DNA from: an uncultured Spirochaetota bacterium
GTDB lineage: Bacteria; Spirochaetota; Spirochaetia; SZUA-6; CAVTHK01
Length of the DNA stretch: 64,000 bases
Assembly: GCA_963734495.1 (NCBI GenBank)
Contig: CAVTHK010000003.1
Location: 352,001-416,000, forward strand
Direction: 5' to 3'
A program made the translations under genes and the position numbers. The notes below the pieces were generated by a model that made no database searches, was not told where the DNA came from, and was given only the letters and a program-made list of their open reading frames with translations. Shown in pieces: positions 62,261 to 64,000 of the stretch (position 1 is the first letter of the stretch; each line of letters begins with the position of its first letter).

Positions 62261-62743
62261 ATGGAAACAAGAGTTGGCGTGTGGATTGACCACAGAAAGG
62301 CCGTTGTCGTCGCCGTTACGGATCAGGGCGAAACGACAACACTGAGACTGGTGGTGTCTAAAGTCGAAAAGCAGCCCGGACGTTCCGCGGGTGTCCGTTC
62401 CACGAGTCGCTATGAGTCACTGCAGGTGCCGGCGGATGATCGGCGTCAGAGGAGGTTCACGGGACAACTCAACCTCTACTATGATGCCGTAATCGCATGC
62501 GTTCGCGGTGCGCAGGCCATCCTGCTTTTTGGTCCCGGCGAGGCCAAAGGCGAACTGAAGACACGTCTCGAGAGGGACAAGTTGGGTGCGCACATCGTCG
62601 GAATCGAAACAATCGACAGGATGACCGATCGCCAGATCGCAGCGAAGGTTCAACAGCACTTTGGACCACACGGTGGCGCGCAGGCGCAACGGACGAGGAA
62701 GCGTGCCGGGGACCAGCAGCCGCCGCGCCGGCGGGTGGGGTGA
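62261..62743 (+). CDS. Short eRF1-domain-like protein (baeRF/host-attachment-like)
   Basis: GVWIDHRKAVVV, YYDAVI, ILLFGPGEAK.EL, MTDRQIAAKV; GGAGG RBS. Confidence 0.7.
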   Translation: METRVGVWIDHRKAVVVAVTDQGETTTLRLVVSKVEKQPGRSAGVRSTSRYESLQVPADDRRQRRFTGQLNLYYDAVIACVRGAQAILLFGPGEAKGELKTRLERDKLGAHIVGIETIDRMTDRQIAAKVQQHFGPHGGAQAQRTRKRAGDQQPPRRRVG

Positions 62744-62828
62744 GAAGGCCGACGTCGTCCCCCGATTCGACGCCGGTCGGGCGGCGCAGAGGCGCGCCTC
62801 GAGAGTCGCGCATGAGGAGGCAGCAGGA

Positions 62829-63065
62829 ATGGAATTCTCCGAGAAGGTCTTGAGAGAAGCGTTCAGTCGATCCGGCGGACGATGCGAGTGCAGGCGTGCA
62901 TCGCACCGCCATGGAGATCAGCGATGCCCCAAGAACCTATCCTGGGCGCTGCACGGCAAGGACCCTGAAGGTTGGGCAGCGCACCACATCTCAGCCGAAG
63001 CCTCCGACACGGCCAGCAACTGCGAAATTCTGTGTTTTTCCTGCCTCAGGGCCACGTCCGATTGA
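62829..63065 (+). CDS. Minimal HNH-like zinc-binding protein (78 aa)
   Basis: AF.RSGGRCEC...RC...W.AHH...NCEILCFSC. Confidence 0.7.
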   Translation: MEFSEKVLREAFSRSGGRCECRRASHRHGDQRCPKNLSWALHGKDPEGWAAHHISAEASDTASNCEILCFSCLRATSD

Positions 63066-63254
63066 TGCGCGGCTCCATTCATCGACGCCGCGCGGGGTGA
63101 GCCGCTCGCCTCGCTACTACTTCTTCTTCATTCAGGACAGCCCGACTATCATCGCCAGGCCTTTCGGCAAGCGGGGCGGCCGGGTCGGCGGGCCGGGCGA
63201 CACCCGATGACGCTCGAGGCTTGACTTCGCGCCGGGGGCTGGCGACCTTTGCGC

Positions 63255-63629
63255 ATGGCTCGAAAGCTCAACCCGCTCACCCGCGAAGAGGAGCGGGTCA
63301 TCGTTCACAAGGGCACCGAAAGGCCGTTCACGGGCGAGTATGTCTCCTCCAAGGGGAAGGGCACCTACGTGTGCCGCAGGTGCGAAGCGCCCCTCTACCG
63401 CTCCGAGGACAAGTTCGATTCGCACTGCGGCTGGCCGAGCTTCGACGACGAGATCGCCGGCGCCGTCAAGCGTACCGTCGACGCGGACGGGGAGCGGACC
63501 GAGATCACCTGCGCGAGCTGCGGGGGTCATCTGGGTCACGTGTTCCTGGGCGAGGGCCTCACCGCAAAGAACACCCGGCACTGCGTGAACTCGCTGTCGA
63601 TGAAGTTCGTGCCCGACGCGAAGGCGTGA
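63255..63629 (+). CDS. msrB: Methionine-R-sulfoxide reductase
   Basis: [44 protein letters not shown]. Confidence 0.95.
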   Translation: MARKLNPLTREEERVIVHKGTERPFTGEYVSSKGKGTYVCRRCEAPLYRSEDKFDSHCGWPSFDDEIAGAVKRTVDADGERTEITCASCGGHLGHVFLGEGLTAKNTRHCVNSLSMKFVPDAKA

Positions 63630-63702
63630 GCCGCCGCGCCTCCGGCGCGCGCGCTTCACCTTGCCCCGCCTCCGTGCTACCGTCCGGGCGGTGGAGGCTG
63701 CG

Positions 63703-64000
63703 ATGTTCGACGTGACAGGAAAGATCGCCCTGGTGACCGGCTCGAGCCGCGGGCTGGGCCTCGTCCTCGCCCGCGGGCTGGCCCGCGCCGGCGCGCGCGT
63801 CGTCCTGAACGCGCGCGACCGCGAGCGCCTGGAAGGGGCGCGGCGCGCTCTGGAGGCAGAGGGCTTCGCGGCCGCCGCGAGCGTCTTCGACATCACCGAC
63901 GAGGCCGCCGTGAGCAGGGCGGTGAGCGCCGTCGAGGAGGACGTCGGCCCCATCGACATCCTGGTGAACAACGCCGGCATCCAGCACCGCGCGCCGCTCG
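63703..64000 (+). CDS. SDR oxidoreductase, gluconate 5-dehydrogenase-like (runs off the window end)
   Basis: Manual translation: MFDVTGKIALVTGSSRGLG...IDILVNNAGIQHRAPL; GGAGG RBS. Confidence 0.85.
   Translation, partial: MFDVTGKIALVTGSSRGLGLVLARGLARAGARVVLNARDRERLEGARRALEAEGFAAAASVFDITDEAAVSRAVSAVEEDVGPIDILVNNAGIQHRAPL

Noticed and set aside
63110-63215. Minus-strand mini-ORF MKKK with GCC-GAAA-GGC hairpin as a leader peptide or ncRNA
   Set aside because: No RBS, no co-directional downstream gene nearby and no recognisable RNA motif

Overview
High-GC bacterial chromosomal window. The '...FAAGGQ(E/K)E' and 'FAEGKKE' signal peptides of its solute-binding proteins suggest a free-living Spirochaetia (inference). 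The backbone carries a PfkB kinase, a three-subunit molybdenum hydroxylase, an ABC-2 exporter, a mhqO/mhqD-like pair, rnz, phnDCE, DUF432-MscS, metH, a DGPF+ECF42 pair with its promoter, DUF1846, and a LacI/ABC/two-FAD-oxidoreductase/URO-D catabolic operon. Two segments have visibly lower GC and different codon usage. The first (~7.5-13.3 kb) is a peptide-type ABC operon with an in-frame oppB'-'oppD deletion fusion. The second (~46.6-63.1 kb) is a stress/dormancy-type island: B12 radical SAM, FtsH, Crp/Fnr with two palindromic boxes, SPFH, GlgP, an eRF1-like protein and a mini-HNH. The most unusual element is a diverged tandem duplication at 48.2-51.4 kb. Each copy has an orphan ParG-like ribbon-helix-helix gene and a divergent membrane-anchored TPR/coiled-coil gene, separated by back-to-back sigma70 promoters overlaid with phased 9-bp GYAAGARMA repeats, and the flanking hairpins show compensatory changes between copies. 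Other candidates are a riboswitch-like 5' leader at 16.1-16.3 kb and a nucleotidyltransferase/59-aa pair. At least eight genes are frameshifted, most likely through long-read errors. I recognised no tRNA, rRNA, CRISPR array, integrase or transposase.
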